A stretch of DNA of 63,896 nucleotides, the filler included, from Octopus bimaculoides (Eukaryota), in the NCBI RefSeq assembly GCF_001194135.2. It is 7 parts of 6 records of this genome, joined end to end, with 100 filler letters (N's around TTAATTAATTAA, not from the genome) between each part and the next. Parts side by side here need not be neighbours in the genome. Positions count along the whole stretch, not along the records: positions 46,528 to 55,822 come from NC_068988.1; positions 55,923 to 60,070 come from NC_068981.1; positions 60,171 to 61,992 come from NW_026295259.1; positions 62,093 to 63,896 come from NC_068990.1; 3 more parts are not named here. One strand, given 5' to 3'. Shown in pieces: positions 52,215 to 63,888 of the stretch (positions are counted from its first letter, which is position 1; every line of letters starts with the position of its first letter). A program made the position numbers and the translations under genes. Under the pieces are notes generated by a model. It saw nothing but the letters and a program-made list of their open reading frames with translations, was not told the DNA's origin and ran no database searches.

Positions 52215-54802
52215 CCTATATATATATATATATATATATATATTGAGAGAAAGAAAAGAAAATGCAAACTGTTTGGCAAGGCTTGATAAGGACATATAAT
52301 TTTATTTAGCAAGTGGTAGCTGTTTCTAGGAGAATTCCATATATTGGAGCATCGTGTCGAGTGAAATTCCATTTGCATATGGAAACTTCGCTTGGCAGGA
52401 TGATCCGCTTTCGACAAGGTAGTCAAAAAAATCATTTTCAAATGCATGTGCTCTGACTATTTGAGCAATCAGAGCACATGCCTATTAGTTTGAGTCACCC
52501 TGACGAAAGCTTCTCGTGTTTCATAAATATATACAGTTGCATGTATACATATATATACAAATATACACACTCACACAAACACACACTTACACACACATAT
52601 ACACGCATATATGTATGCCTACATGCATGCATCTTTGTACCTTTGCATTAAAAGACCAAGAGAAATTTCGTTCCCGTTATGTTACGACCGTTTACATAAA
52701 ATCGTTATTTGTTTGTTCAATAATATGCTACATCATATTATTGCATAACCACATTAGTTTTCAACAAAAAAGTTTGACAGTAACATCGAATATGTATGTA
52801 TGTATGTATGTATGTATATATACATATNNNNNNNNNNNNNNNNNNNNNNNNNNNNNNNNNNNNNNNNNNNNNNNNNNNNNNNNNNNNNNNNNNNNNNNNN
52901 NNNNNNNNNNNNNNNNNNNNNNNNNNNNNNNNNNNNNNNNNNNNNNNNNNNNNNNNNNNNNNNNNNNNNNNNNNNNNNNNNNNNNNNNNNNNNNNNNNNN
53001 NNNNNNNNNNNNNNNNNNNNNNNNNNNNNNNNNNNNNNNNNNNAGCTACCAGAGACGGCAGTTACTACAATAGAAACAATACAAGTAGGAGGGTTATACG
53101 CCACAGTGCATCAAAACATTGTGTGATGTGATGTGATATTAACATTGCATTATTTCCTTTGGTTCTTGATGCTTATATTTCAAAAGTATTGAATTCTTAT
53201 GTTTGATTCTTGAGGTTTTTGTTGTTTTGATATTTGAATCGGACAAGCCTGTTGGCACTATTGTACACATCTTCATCTAACTTCTTCCCTTGACTCTAAC
53301 GTATTTTTTTGCTATTTCATATCTATCAGTCATAGAGTTTCTATGGTCTACTGCTTCCGTTTGCTATTATATTTAACAAACTACCAGATTAAAGTAGAAA
53401 CTTTCAGAAGGTAGATATAACATTCCCGCTGCATCGCCCCATTCCGTCATCGACCATCTTCCATTTTTACACGTCTAGTCTGGTTTGTTATTTTCTTTAT
53501 CGACTTTTATTATTTATCGTCTTTACTGCCCAGTTGTGGATACATGCCGAATTGTATTGTATTTGGAAATGACAGGGGACGGATGGCGTATCATACACTT
53601 TCGCCCACTCGCCGTACATCGAAAAAACAATCGTATGCTTACGTTCACATATCATAATATGTAATAGTCTTTTATTTGTCAAGTAGTTTAATTTGTCCAA
53701 CGAAGCGGTAGGACGACAAAGAATAAGTCCAGTATAACTTTGAAAAGGATCCGCCGTAATGAATTGCTATCTCATTTTCTCTCCCTCCTTTTCTTTCTCC
53801 CTCTTCTCTCTCTCTCTCTCTCTCTCCCTCTCTCTCTCTCTCTCTGTCATTGTGTGTATGTGTGTATATATATATATGTATACACACACATATATGAGTG
53901 TTTATACATATAGAAACATATTGAAGTCGTGAAACGCGCTATACATTTTTCGCTACCAAATTGTTATGCGTTTATCAGTTTTACCGAAATATCTATCGAA
54001 ATAAGTTTGCCTTTCTGTGCAATGGCGCAAATGCATGGTTCGTTCTCAGTGCGCAGCGACTTGATTCTTATCATTCATTTTACCGCTGTCTTAATCAAAA
54101 TTGTATTTAGATTGGCGGAATACTTCCGAAGACCCATATATGAAGTCAAGTTCAGAGTGGTCGTACACTGTAAGCATGCAGCAAATGCATTTCTTTAACT
54201 CTGCTTTTTAAAGTAGGTATTATATTGCTATTTTTGAACATACCAATCATACTTCTGTCCAAAAAATCACTCCCTTTGCTGTTGAATAAAATAAACTGGC
54301 AGAGGGAACGTTTCCACGTCTTCCTTCAATTTCCTTACACCATTTACGTGGCTGTTTCTGACAAGAAATCTCGCTTTCATGTAAAGCAGCTATATTTTGT
54401 AGTCATTATCCGTAATCNNNNNNNNNNNNNNNNNNNNNNNNNNNNNNNNNNNNNNNNNNNNNNNNNNNNNNNNNNNNNNNNNNNNNNNNNNNNNNNNNNN
54501 NNNNNNNNNNNNNNNNNNNNNNNNNNNNNNNNNNNNNNNNNNNNNNNNNNNNNNNNNNNNNNNNNNNNNNNNNNNNNNNNNNNNNNNNNNNNNNNNNNNN
54601 NNNNNNNNNNNNNNNNNNNNNNNNNNNNNNNNNNNNNNNNNNNNNNNNNNNNNNNNNNNNNNNNNNNNNNNNNNNNNNNNNNNNNNNNNNNNNNNNNNNN
54701 NNNNNNNNNNNNNNNNNNNNNNNNNNNNNNNNNNNNNNNNNNNNNNNNNNNNNNNNNNNNNNNNNNNNNNNNNNNNNNNNNNNNNNNNNNNNNNNNNNNN
54801 NN

Positions 54803-54930
54803 CTGAGATTGGCTATGCTTTTATCTTTTCAGAGTCGATAAGACAAGTACCAATTGAGAACTGGAGACTGTGATCAACTTCCTGTCTTGACCGATATTGC
54901 TGGCCTTGTGTAAACAGTTGAAACCAAAAT
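54803..54930 (+). mobile_element. SINE family A 3' remnant
   Basis: gagtcgataagacaagtaccaattgag..ttgctggccttgtg..ttgaaacc. Confidence 0.65.
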
Positions 54931-55689
54931 TAAAGTTCTAACACCATCCTGATATTATGAGAACCAATAAAAAAAAAATGCTACGTGACCGTCTATGTGT
55001 GTGCTTCACCTGCTAGGATTGGCAGGCAAGTTTTTCTTTACACCAATGCTCTCATATCGCTATTATATGTAAGCTCGGAAAGCGGAAGTGTTGCAATATA
55101 CACGAAACATCATAATAGGAATAAGTGAATTATTTTCAAATCGATATTATGCTTGTTTGCATGATCTATATTACCCCTGTAAATTGGTATGTCCGAAACT
55201 GAACTCTATTTATAATGTCTATGAATTGCTACGATAAAGATCTTCGTAATACCTAAGTCACAAAGCGGAAGCCTTTTTTCAAACGAAGGGTTACAGTTCA
55301 TGCTGATATCGATCCCCTTACTCTGTATTATGCTATGAAACATTGACTCGTTCATAGATGGTATTGATTAATGTTTATAATGTGTGTGCCTTCAATTAGA
55401 TACTTCAGATTGTGGAATCTATAACTTTTTCTTCCGAGCAAGTAACGTGATCAATTGTATCAATAATCTACAAGCTTTATCTACTGCAAAAGCCACAGTG
55501 TTTTGCTCTGTTATATCGCGAGGGCAGAGATGATTCTTCATAAAAAAAAGGACATCATTATATCAAAAGTAGGCTTTGTCTTTATGTGATCTAGTCTACG
55601 TAATTCATTTTCTGTTATCCATAATATCAAATAGGATAGAAAAGAACATGTAATACGGGACGTTGAAAATAACCAAGAGTTTTTGAAGA

Positions 55690-55822
55690 GGCAGGAAGGT
55701 GTTGCGAAGTAAGAGGTTTGCTTCCCAACCACATGGTTGCAGGTTCAGTCCCTCAAGTACATAGGTACATAGTAACTTCCACCAGAGCCTGTTGTGTAGA
55801 TTTGATAGACAGAAACCAAAAG
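55690..55822 (+). mobile_element. Decayed SINE family B head
   Basis: gtaagaggtttgcttcccaaccacatggttgcaggttcagtccc..gtagatttgatagacagaaac. Confidence 0.7.
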
Positions 55823-55866
55823 NNNNNNNNNNNNNNNNNNNNNNNNNNNNNNNNNNNNNNNNNNNN

Positions 55867-55878
55867 TTAATTAATTAA
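55867..55878. other. Artificial gap linker TTAATTAATTAA
   Basis: 44 N on each side. Confidence 0.95.
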
Positions 55879-55922
55879 NNNNNNNNNNNNNNNNNNNNNN
55901 NNNNNNNNNNNNNNNNNNNNNN

Positions 55923-56150
55923 TCTCGGTCCGTAGTCATCGCCTCGGTGAGGCCCAATGTACGAAGGTCTTGCCTCACCACCTCAGCCCAGGTCTTCCTG
56001 GGCCTACCTCTTCCACGGGTTCCCTCAACTGTTAGGGTGTGGCACTTTTTCACGCAGCTATCCTCCTCCATTCTCACCACATGTCCATACCAGCGCAATC
56101 GTCTCTCTTGCACGCCACAACTGATGCTTCTAATGTTCAGCTTTTCTCTC
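55923..56150 (-). mobile_element. RTE-clade LINE, RT C-terminal fragment
   Basis: REKLNIRSISCGVQERRLRWYGHVVRMEEDSCVKKC..VEGTRGRGRPRKTWAEVVRQDL; stop-free over this span. Confidence 0.92.
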
Positions 56151-56536
56151 ATATATATATATATATATATTTATATATATCAGGGGGCGAAGGGTCTCTG
56201 TATGCAATGCATGCACTGCTTGCCTAATTATTTTTCTACAATAAATCATTTTTGTGTAATATATAATTGATCATTGAGAATTTTCACTAGATTCATTGTA
56301 GGCATATTTACTTTTATTTCACTTTCCTACATTTTTTTAGTATAAATTGGTCAATAGAAAGAAAAGGAAAAGGAAGCAAATTTTTTACTACCTGCTTTCA
56401 GTCATAGTAAGAGCAGTGATGTTATTTTCTTTGTATTCTATAATTTTTGAGAAAGAGTGTCAAAAAGAGAAAGAAAGAGAAAGTAAATAAAGCAAGCAGT
56501 AAAAAATTTGCTTTCCTTTCCTTTTTTGGTTGACAA

Positions 56537-56595
56537 CTTAACATGGCCGAAAGGCAAGCAACAAAAATATTTGCTTGCCTTTCAGCCATGTTAGG
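56537..56595. other. Near-perfect hairpin, 23-25 bp stem and 9-nt loop
   Basis: taacatggccgaaaggcaagcaa (56539-56561) pairs with ttgcttgcctttcagccatgtta (56571-56593) at 22/23. Confidence 0.9.
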
Positions 56596-56711
56596 CCAGC
56601 AGACACATTGTCAGCTTCTGTTTCTCTTAAAGTGCTGGTGTTTGTTTTATTGCTTTCTAGTATATCTTATGCAGTTACTCAATACTGAAGAGTACACATT
56701 TTATTTTTGTC

Positions 56712-56930
56712 TTCTACTTGTTTCAATCAGTAGATTGTGGCCGTACTGGAGCACCACCTTCAATAATTTTTAGTCTAATGAATCTACCCAAGAATTTTTT
56801 TCAAAGCATGATGCTTATTCTTTTGGTCTCTCATACCAAATTGCTAAGTTACAGGAACATAAACACATCAATGCCTGTTGTCAAGCATTGGTTAAAGACA
56901 AACAAAGACACAAACACACACACACACACA
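56712..56930 (-). mobile_element. SINE family B 3' half
   Basis: cttgtttcaatcagtagattgtggccgtactggagcaccacctt..ggtctc..aagttacagg.acataaacaca..gttgtcaagc, then CA tract. Confidence 0.75.
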
Positions 56931-57222
56931 CATGTATATATATATATATTTTTTTTTTCGTATATTCTCCTATATATATATANNNNNNNNNNNNNNNNNN
57001 NNNNNNNNNNNNNNNNNNNNNNNNNNNNNNNNNNNNNNNNNNNNNNNNNNNNNNNNNNNNNNNNNNNNNNNNNNNNNNNNNNNNNNNNNNNNNNNNNNNN
57101 NNNNNNNNNNNNCAAAAAACGAAAAAGACAAAAACAACAACAACAAAAAACAACAACGTGAGGATGTGATACAGATTGTGTTACTAGACGCTCGGGAAAG
57201 GAAAGAATATATATATATATAT

Positions 57223-57393
57223 ATCATCATCATCATCATCATCATCGTTTAACGTCCGCCTTCCATGCTAGCATGGGTTGGACGATTTGACTGAGGACTG
57301 GTGAAACCGGATGGCAACACCAGGCTCCAATCTAAATTTGGCAGTTTCTACAGCTGGATGCCCTTCCTAACGCCAACCACTCAGAGAGTGTAG
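57223..57393 (-). mobile_element. RTE-type 3' end with (GAT)n tail
   Basis: (CAT)n then gtttaacgtccgccttccatgctagcatgggttggacg..ggatgcccttcctaacgccaacc. Confidence 0.75.
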
Positions 57394-57624
57394 TTATATA
57401 TATATATATATATATACGAAGGGATTTTTTTCAGCTTCCCTCTATCAAGTCCACTTACAAGGTTTTAGTTAGAAAAGTTAATATTGAATGATGATGAATA
57501 TAACAATGATAATGACACATATATGATGCACTAAGATAAGTATACATATACATGTATATACAATCATATACATACATATGTAAGCATATAGACATATATA
57601 CCAACTAGTTACCATATTCATATT

Positions 57625-57845
57625 GATTTCAAATTTTGGCACAAGGCCAACAATTTCAGGCAAGGGAGTAAGTCAATTACATTGACCCTAGTATTCAACT
57701 GGTACTTATTTTATCGACCTCAAAAGGATGATGGGCAAAGTTGACCCTGGAGGAATTTGAACTCAGAATGTAAAGTAAAAAAAAAAAAAAATGTTGCTAA
57801 GCAATTTTCTCAATACAGTAAGAATTCTGCCAGCTAGCCACCTTG
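57625..57845 (-). mobile_element. SINE family A with decayed 17-bp TSD
   Basis: gttaccatattcatatt (57608-57624) versus gttaccagatttatatt (57846-57862), 15/17. Confidence 0.88.
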
Positions 57846-58007
57846 GTTACCAGATTTATATTAATCACATTTATACCACATTGTTATTTTTTTTATGGTT
57901 ATGCTACAACTCAGTGACTGGAACCAGTAAAAGAGTAAGAGAGGAGTAAAAGACAAGAGATATGTCTTTGCTAATTCTATTTTCCTTCTTTCTTTTTGAA
58001 TTTTCAG

Positions 58008-58098
58008 TTGGTTGGCGGATCAATAGGCGGTCTCCATATGGGTGCATGCTTTCCAGACAGTTGTCAGACAAAAGACATCCAAAATCTTATTCAATACG
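58008..58098 (+). CDS. Internal exon of an nrf-6 / O-acyltransferase-like (NRF-domain) gene
   Basis: Long pyrimidine tract ending ttttcAG; LVGGSIGGLHMGACFPDSCQTKDIQNLIQY; donor G|GTAAGT; phase 0 to 1. G-x-C-x-P-x-S-C-x3-D-(I/V) is the C-terminal motif of the NRF domain. Confidence 0.75.
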
Positions 58099-58121
58099 GT
58101 AAGTCTGTTCTTTTATTGCTT

Positions 58122-58430
58122 CTCTTTTATTTGTTTCAGAGAACTGAGGCCATGCTGGGGCACCAACTTGCAGGGTTTAGTCAAACAAATTGACCTGCTG
58201 GTCTCTTTTGCCAAACTAAGTTATAGGGATGTAAACAAACCAATATCAGTTGTCAAGTAGGAGGGGAAGGTTAACACACACACATGTATAAGATTAACAA
58301 CCACATAGTTTGCTTCTTCCAAATCCACTCACAAGGCATTGGTTGACCAAGATCTACAGTGGAAGACACTTGTCCAATGTGCCATGCAGTGGGACTGAAC
58401 TCAAAACAATGTGTGCAAAGCAGTTGAATA
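58122..58430 (-). mobile_element. SINE family B, 5' end replaced by a templated patch
   Basis: 3' part (gccatgctggggcacc..aagttatagggatgtaaacaaacc), short CA tract, core aaatccactcacaaggcattgg..gaagacacttgtcc..gcagtgggactgaac. Confidence 0.8.
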
Positions 58431-58779
58431 CTAGGGATTTTTTTCAGCTTCCCTCTATCAAGTCCACTTGATAATGACACATATATGTGTCATTATCAAA
58501 TGTCATTTGTTTTTGTGTGTGTCACCAATAATTGGTCAATCATAGTGTTTTAATGTAATTTTTAATTATTGTATTTCTTAATTAATATTATGAAATTAAT
58601 AAAATAATTCAACTGTTTGAAACTCGCTCCTACATGTAGATAAGCTTGCACAATTGTTGACAGTAGGCCCAAGCATGGTTGTGTGGGTAAGAAGCCTGCT
58701 TCCCACCCATGTGGACTAGGGTTCCGGTTCAGTCCCATTGTGCAACACCTTAGGCTGAGAGTAGAGGGTAGAAGCTGCA

Positions 58780-59013
58780 AGGCTGTGAGCTGGCAGAAAC
58801 ATTAGCACGCCGGGCGAAATGTTTAGCGGTATTTCGTCTGCCGTTACGTTCAGAGTTCAAATTCCGCCGAGGTCGACTTTGCCTTTCATCCCTTTTGGGG
58901 GTCGATAAATTAAGTACCAGTTACGCAATGGGGTCGATGTAATCGACTTAATCCTTTTGTCTGTCCTTGTTTGTCCCCTTTATGTTTAGCCCCTTGTGAG
59001 CAATAAAGAAATA
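58780..59013 (+). mobile_element. Full-length SINE family A with perfect 10-bp TSD
   Basis: A box gagctggcagaaac, B box gagttcaaattcc; agaagctgca at 58770-58779 and 59014-59023. Confidence 0.92.
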
Positions 59014-59367
59014 AGAAGCTGCAGGAATGTTCAGGAGAATGAGAGCTGGTTAGGGATGGAGACAGAGTGAGGGATGAATATAATGAAGTAAAGGTGTTGA
59101 GGGTAATAAGTAAGGGAGATAAGGTAGAGTAGGTGACAGCCATGGAAATTGGGTAAATAATAACGATAATTGTAATAACAACACAAACAAGCACTCAGAG
59201 AGTGCAAACCTTCGCCAAGGCTACATCAACATCCTCTCAATGATTAACTGGAGATGATTTTTAAAACGAAAATAACTGAAATAAAATCAACTACCCTCAC
59301 AAACAAGAATACTAAAAATGAACTTGATTGCTCTCAAACAGAAAAATAATCCATATACCTTGTCCAG

Positions 59368-59451
59368 TACCTGATCGATCCCAATGGAAGTCATGGAATG
59401 TGCAACTGGGTGTGCAGGCCGTGTTTGTAATGCTGTGTGTGTGTCGTCTGG
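59368..59451 (+). CDS. Candidate next exon of the NRF-domain gene
   Basis: Acceptor ccatataccttgtccAG, donor G|GTAAGG; 84 nt, phase 1 to 1, open (V)PDRSQWKSWNVQLGVQAVFVMLCVCRL. Fits the phase of the 58098 donor, but homology is not evident. Confidence 0.4.
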
Positions 59452-59858
59452 GTAAGGAAAATATTTGCATGATTTGAGTGCTCATATGTCAATAAGTCTT
59501 CGGGAGTCACCATGTAAAAGTTTTGGAAACACTGGTTGAAATGCAACAGGAACTTTGGTAGAGAAACGTAATTGAACATAAAAATTATAATTGTAATGAA
59601 ACGCATACTGTATCATGGTCTTAAATTCCAGTCTTCCTTTAGTAATCCTGTTGCTTTAGATCGATGTATAGAATTATGTATATATGTAAGTATACTGTAA
59701 TGTGTTAAAATGTATGTACAATCTCCTAATATAATAATGAGCAGTGTGTTTTTATATATTTGTGTGTATACATATATGTATATATATATGTATATATATA
59801 TTTATATATATTTGTATATATATATATATTTGTATATATATATATATATATATATTTG

Positions 59859-60070
59859 TGTAGACTTTGTAGCGACAGCCATGACTTTGAGACTCAGTCT
59901 CAACTCATGGCTCACCACTTTAGCCTGCGTGGATATCCACCCACCACCATCCACACCGCCCTTGCCAGAGCACGTTCTGTGGACCGTGCATCTGCTCTCT
60001 CCCCCCGAACCCGCCCTGCCATTTCCCGCCTCCCTTTTCCCCTCACCTACCATCCCACCACCCTACCCCT
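59859..60070 (+). mobile_element. Penelope-like element, RT C-terminal fragment
   Basis: CRLCSDSHDFETQSQLMAHHFSLRGYP..ALARA..R..RLPFPLTYHP, matching the RICS..F..RGYP..P..LTYHP linker between PLE RT and GIY-YIG. Confidence 0.85.
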
Positions 60071-60114
60071 NNNNNNNNNNNNNNNNNNNNNNNNNNNNNN
60101 NNNNNNNNNNNNNN

Positions 60115-60126
60115 TTAATTAATTAA
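60115..60126. other. Artificial gap linker TTAATTAATTAA
   Basis: 44 N on each side. Confidence 0.95.
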
Positions 60127-60171
60127 NNNNNNNNNNNNNNNNNNNNNNNNNNNNNNNNNNNNNNNNNNNNT

Positions 60172-60503
60172 ATAAGGGGTAAAGACCCCGTTAGGTCATG
60201 GGATTGGACATAGAAAGTTCCACACCGAGGCACATGTCCGGACAAGGTTGTTTATGGAAGACCAGTTATCGCCCATGCATATCAGCCTCCTCTTTCCATG
60301 CAACCGCTGCTATGCAATGGAAAGGCAAAAGCCGATACAACTTGACACCAGTGACGTCGCAACACATTTTTACATCTGATTGAAGTGGAGTAATGTGAAA
60401 TAAAATGTCTTTCTCAAGAACACAACATGCAGAGCGGTCAGGGAATCGAACTAACTCCCTCATGGTTGTGAGCCAGGAGCTAACTACTGAATCATACGCT
60501 TCA
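60172..60503 (-). mobile_element. tRNA-derived SINE (fourth family)
   Basis: rc head gaagcgtatgattcagtagttagctcctggctcacaaccatgagggag.tagttcgattccc (A/B boxes), then gtgttcttgagaaagacattttatttcac. Confidence 0.75.
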
Positions 60504-61145
60504 GTGGTTATTTGTACAAAATTTGATTAATTTCTTTTTCTGAAAGATTTGAGAAAGCTAATCAGTGAGGTATATTTCTGCATGTATGTGCACTGCTTTG
60601 ACATAAGTAATACAAAGATTACATTCATATTATGTATTTACATATCATGTATTTACAGAGACAGGCAGAAACAAGGAAAATGCCCTTTGTATTTGAATAC
60701 TATGCAAATATTCTTTAGAAATACTTTTCGTTTTCCAAAATNNNNNNNNNNNNNNNNNNNNNNNNNNNNNNNNNNNNNNNNNNNNNNNNNNNNNNNNNNN
60801 NNNNNNNNNNNNNNNNNNNNNNNNNNNNNNNNNNNNNNNNNNNNNNNNNNNNNNNNNNNNNNNNNNNNNNNNNNNNNNNNNNNNNNNNNNNNNNNNNNNN
60901 NNNNNNNNNNNNNNNNNNNNNNNNNNNNNNNNNNNNNNNNNNNNNNNNNNNNNNNNNNNNNNNNNNNNNNNNNNNNNNNNNNNNNNNNNNNNNNNNNNNN
61001 NNNNNNNNNNNNNNNNNNNNNNNNNNNNNNNNNNNNNNNNNNNNNNNNNNNNNNNNNNNNNNNNNNNNNNNNNNNNNNNNNNNNNNNNNNNNNNNNNNNN
61101 NNNNNNNNNNNNNNNNNNNNNNNNNNNNNNNNNNNNNNNNNNGAA

Positions 61146-61191
<46 letters not shown>

Positions 61192-62036
61192 CAAAAAACA
61201 TGAAGAAATACCTTCTCAGTTAATACAATAGTATATTCATTAATTTCTTCTATTTTCTAAAGTTTGTTACCTCAAGAAATGTTAATATAATCTCATTCAT
61301 GTCTACTAACTTAAAACTGATCAGTGTACACATTTTCATCAGAATGGTTGTCTCTAATACACTCTCAAGTATACCTTACGAGATGTAAATCTAAATTAAA
61401 TAACCAAATATGTCTCATATTTACTGTATACACACAATCGTTCGACAAGTTACCACGATATTTCTTCATGGACAACCTCTCTAATGGAACTGCTATGTAA
61501 GCAAAAATAGGAGAGACGAAAATTCGTCTAAACTGAGGCCAGCGAGAACTTAGAAGAATCTGTGCCTTCACAAGCACTTTCAATGGGAAGTACGTTCAGA
61601 CAAACACATGTTTGGACGATCAGTAGTCGCCTTTGATACAGGATAAACAGAATTCATTGATGCTGCAAATAGCCGCCTGGATGAATGAAATTCCTAAATT
61701 AAATAGCCATCGATATATACTACTTAATGTATCTACACAGTCAAAAGACCAATTACTGCGGATATTTCGCGTGATATAACATCGCTTCTGCACGTGTTGA
61801 CTTAATACAAACTAAGTAATAGAGGTAGACAAAAATCCATCCCAAAACCGGTGACGTGTACTCCAGATGACTTTCGTTCCTACACAATATCTATAGCAAG
61901 TAACTGCGTTATCCACTGTGTGTTTACAATATGATACGTCTCTCCCTCTTTCTCTTGTCTTTCTCTCTCTCTCACTGTATATATACATGTATNNNNNNNN
62001 NNNNNNNNNNNNNNNNNNNNNNNNNNNNNNNNNNNN

Positions 62037-62048
62037 TTAATTAATTAA
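62037..62048. other. Artificial gap linker TTAATTAATTAA
   Basis: 44 N on each side. Confidence 0.95.
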
Positions 62049-62356
62049 NNNNNNNNNNNNNNNNNNNNNNNNNNNNNNNNNNNNNNNNNNNNATATATAT
62101 ATATATATATATACATACATTTATTGATATAGGCCTGTATATAGGTATATGTGTGTGTGTACCTATCTATCTATACAAACGCACAGACACAATTGTTTAC
62201 ACAATGTTAATCAATGCTCAGTTTGAGAAAGGTGGTGCGTGCGCACACGTGTGTGTGTGTGTGTGTGTGTAGTCTCGTGTGTTTGTGTCTTCTAATCTAT
62301 ACGTGCCTTTCTGTACGCATGTGCGTACAATGTTCTATGTGCTGTGCTTGTGCAAT

Positions 62357-62417
<61 letters not shown>

Positions 62418-62749
62418 ATACATATGTCTCTGTGTGCGTTTCCACTTCAAATTGTACATATACGTGTATATTTATCTATCTTTCTTTCTATCTATCTACC
62501 TATCTATCTATTCATCGATCCTTATATATATATATATATATACATACATAAATGTAGGTGTGCACGTGAGTGAGTGTGTACACTTGTCCATGCTACTTGC
62601 AAGAATACATTATGGAAGAATTTAAGCACTGCGCAGATATAAACACGGAAATTTACCTCATCACCGATCAAACCAGATATTGTATAGGCTTCTACCGTCC
62701 ATAGAATTTGTAATTAGAGATGAATGATACAAGGCACGTTGTATTGGGC

Positions 62750-62984
62750 TGTTGTATACGCAAACACACACACCCGCACAGACACGCAAACACACATACA
62801 CACGCTCAGACACACAGACACACACGAAGAAATTATATATATATATGCATAAACACGCATATATACATGCATATGTATATATGCATAAACGTACTCATGC
62901 ATATATAACACACACACACACACACATACACGCACACACACACACATGCACGCGCACACACACACACACACAGACACACACACG

Positions 62985-63021
<37 letters not shown>

Positions 63022-63062
63022 TTACACACATATATACACATATATGTACATAAATACCTGTT

Positions 63063-63108
<46 letters not shown>

Positions 63109-63343
63109 CGTGTGTATAAGTTTCTAGATACGCCTATATATATATATGTGTTTGTGTGCGTGTGTGTATATGCACACATACATACCTGCATACATACACA
63201 CAGACATGCATACATACATACATACATACATACATACATACATACACGCATACATATATGGGTGCATAAATTTCAGAGACATCAATTATCTGTAGTATTT
63301 CATTGAATGCGTGTATATGAGTGACCGTGTCAGCGTACGAGTA

Positions 63344-63383
<40 letters not shown>

Positions 63384-63400
63384 ATGTTCCTATGTACCTG
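62750..63400. repeat. Compound (CA)/(TA)/(TG)/(CATA) microsatellite mosaic
   Basis: Direct reading. Many similar unlisted mosaics occur across the window, usually flanking N-gaps. Confidence 0.9.
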
Positions 63401-63787
63401 CATGTGTGTGAGGTGAAGAACGTTTGAAGAATCGATCGTCCGAGTGCTTCACTGGGTCACACAGTGCCTTCGTGTATATCAAACGAATTTGCCTGCTTAG
63501 ATGCACGAAGCCGCACAGCCGACCATACTATACACACAGACACACGCACACAGACACAAACACACGTGCACACATATGAACGCAAATTATACAGTAACTG
63601 CCACAAATTGCATCCGATTCTCCTCTCTGAAATCACACACAGCTTAATAAAAGGTACATTGCTTATTGTAGTCATTCGTAACCCTTTAAAAAAGAGGATG
63701 GCTTACATTTTATCTTAGGTCTGCTGAGCTAGAGTGGACTTGGAGCTTAACATCAGAATGGACGTAAACACGAACATAAAATCTATG

Positions 63788-63888
<101 letters not shown>

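Noticed and set aside
53531-54169. Candidate + strand exons (~53533-53630 VDTCRIVLY..; 54111-54169 WRNTSEDPY..) with good splice sites and phase 1 to 0
   Set aside because: Phase fits the NRF exon, but there are no NRF motifs; unsupported without transcript data.
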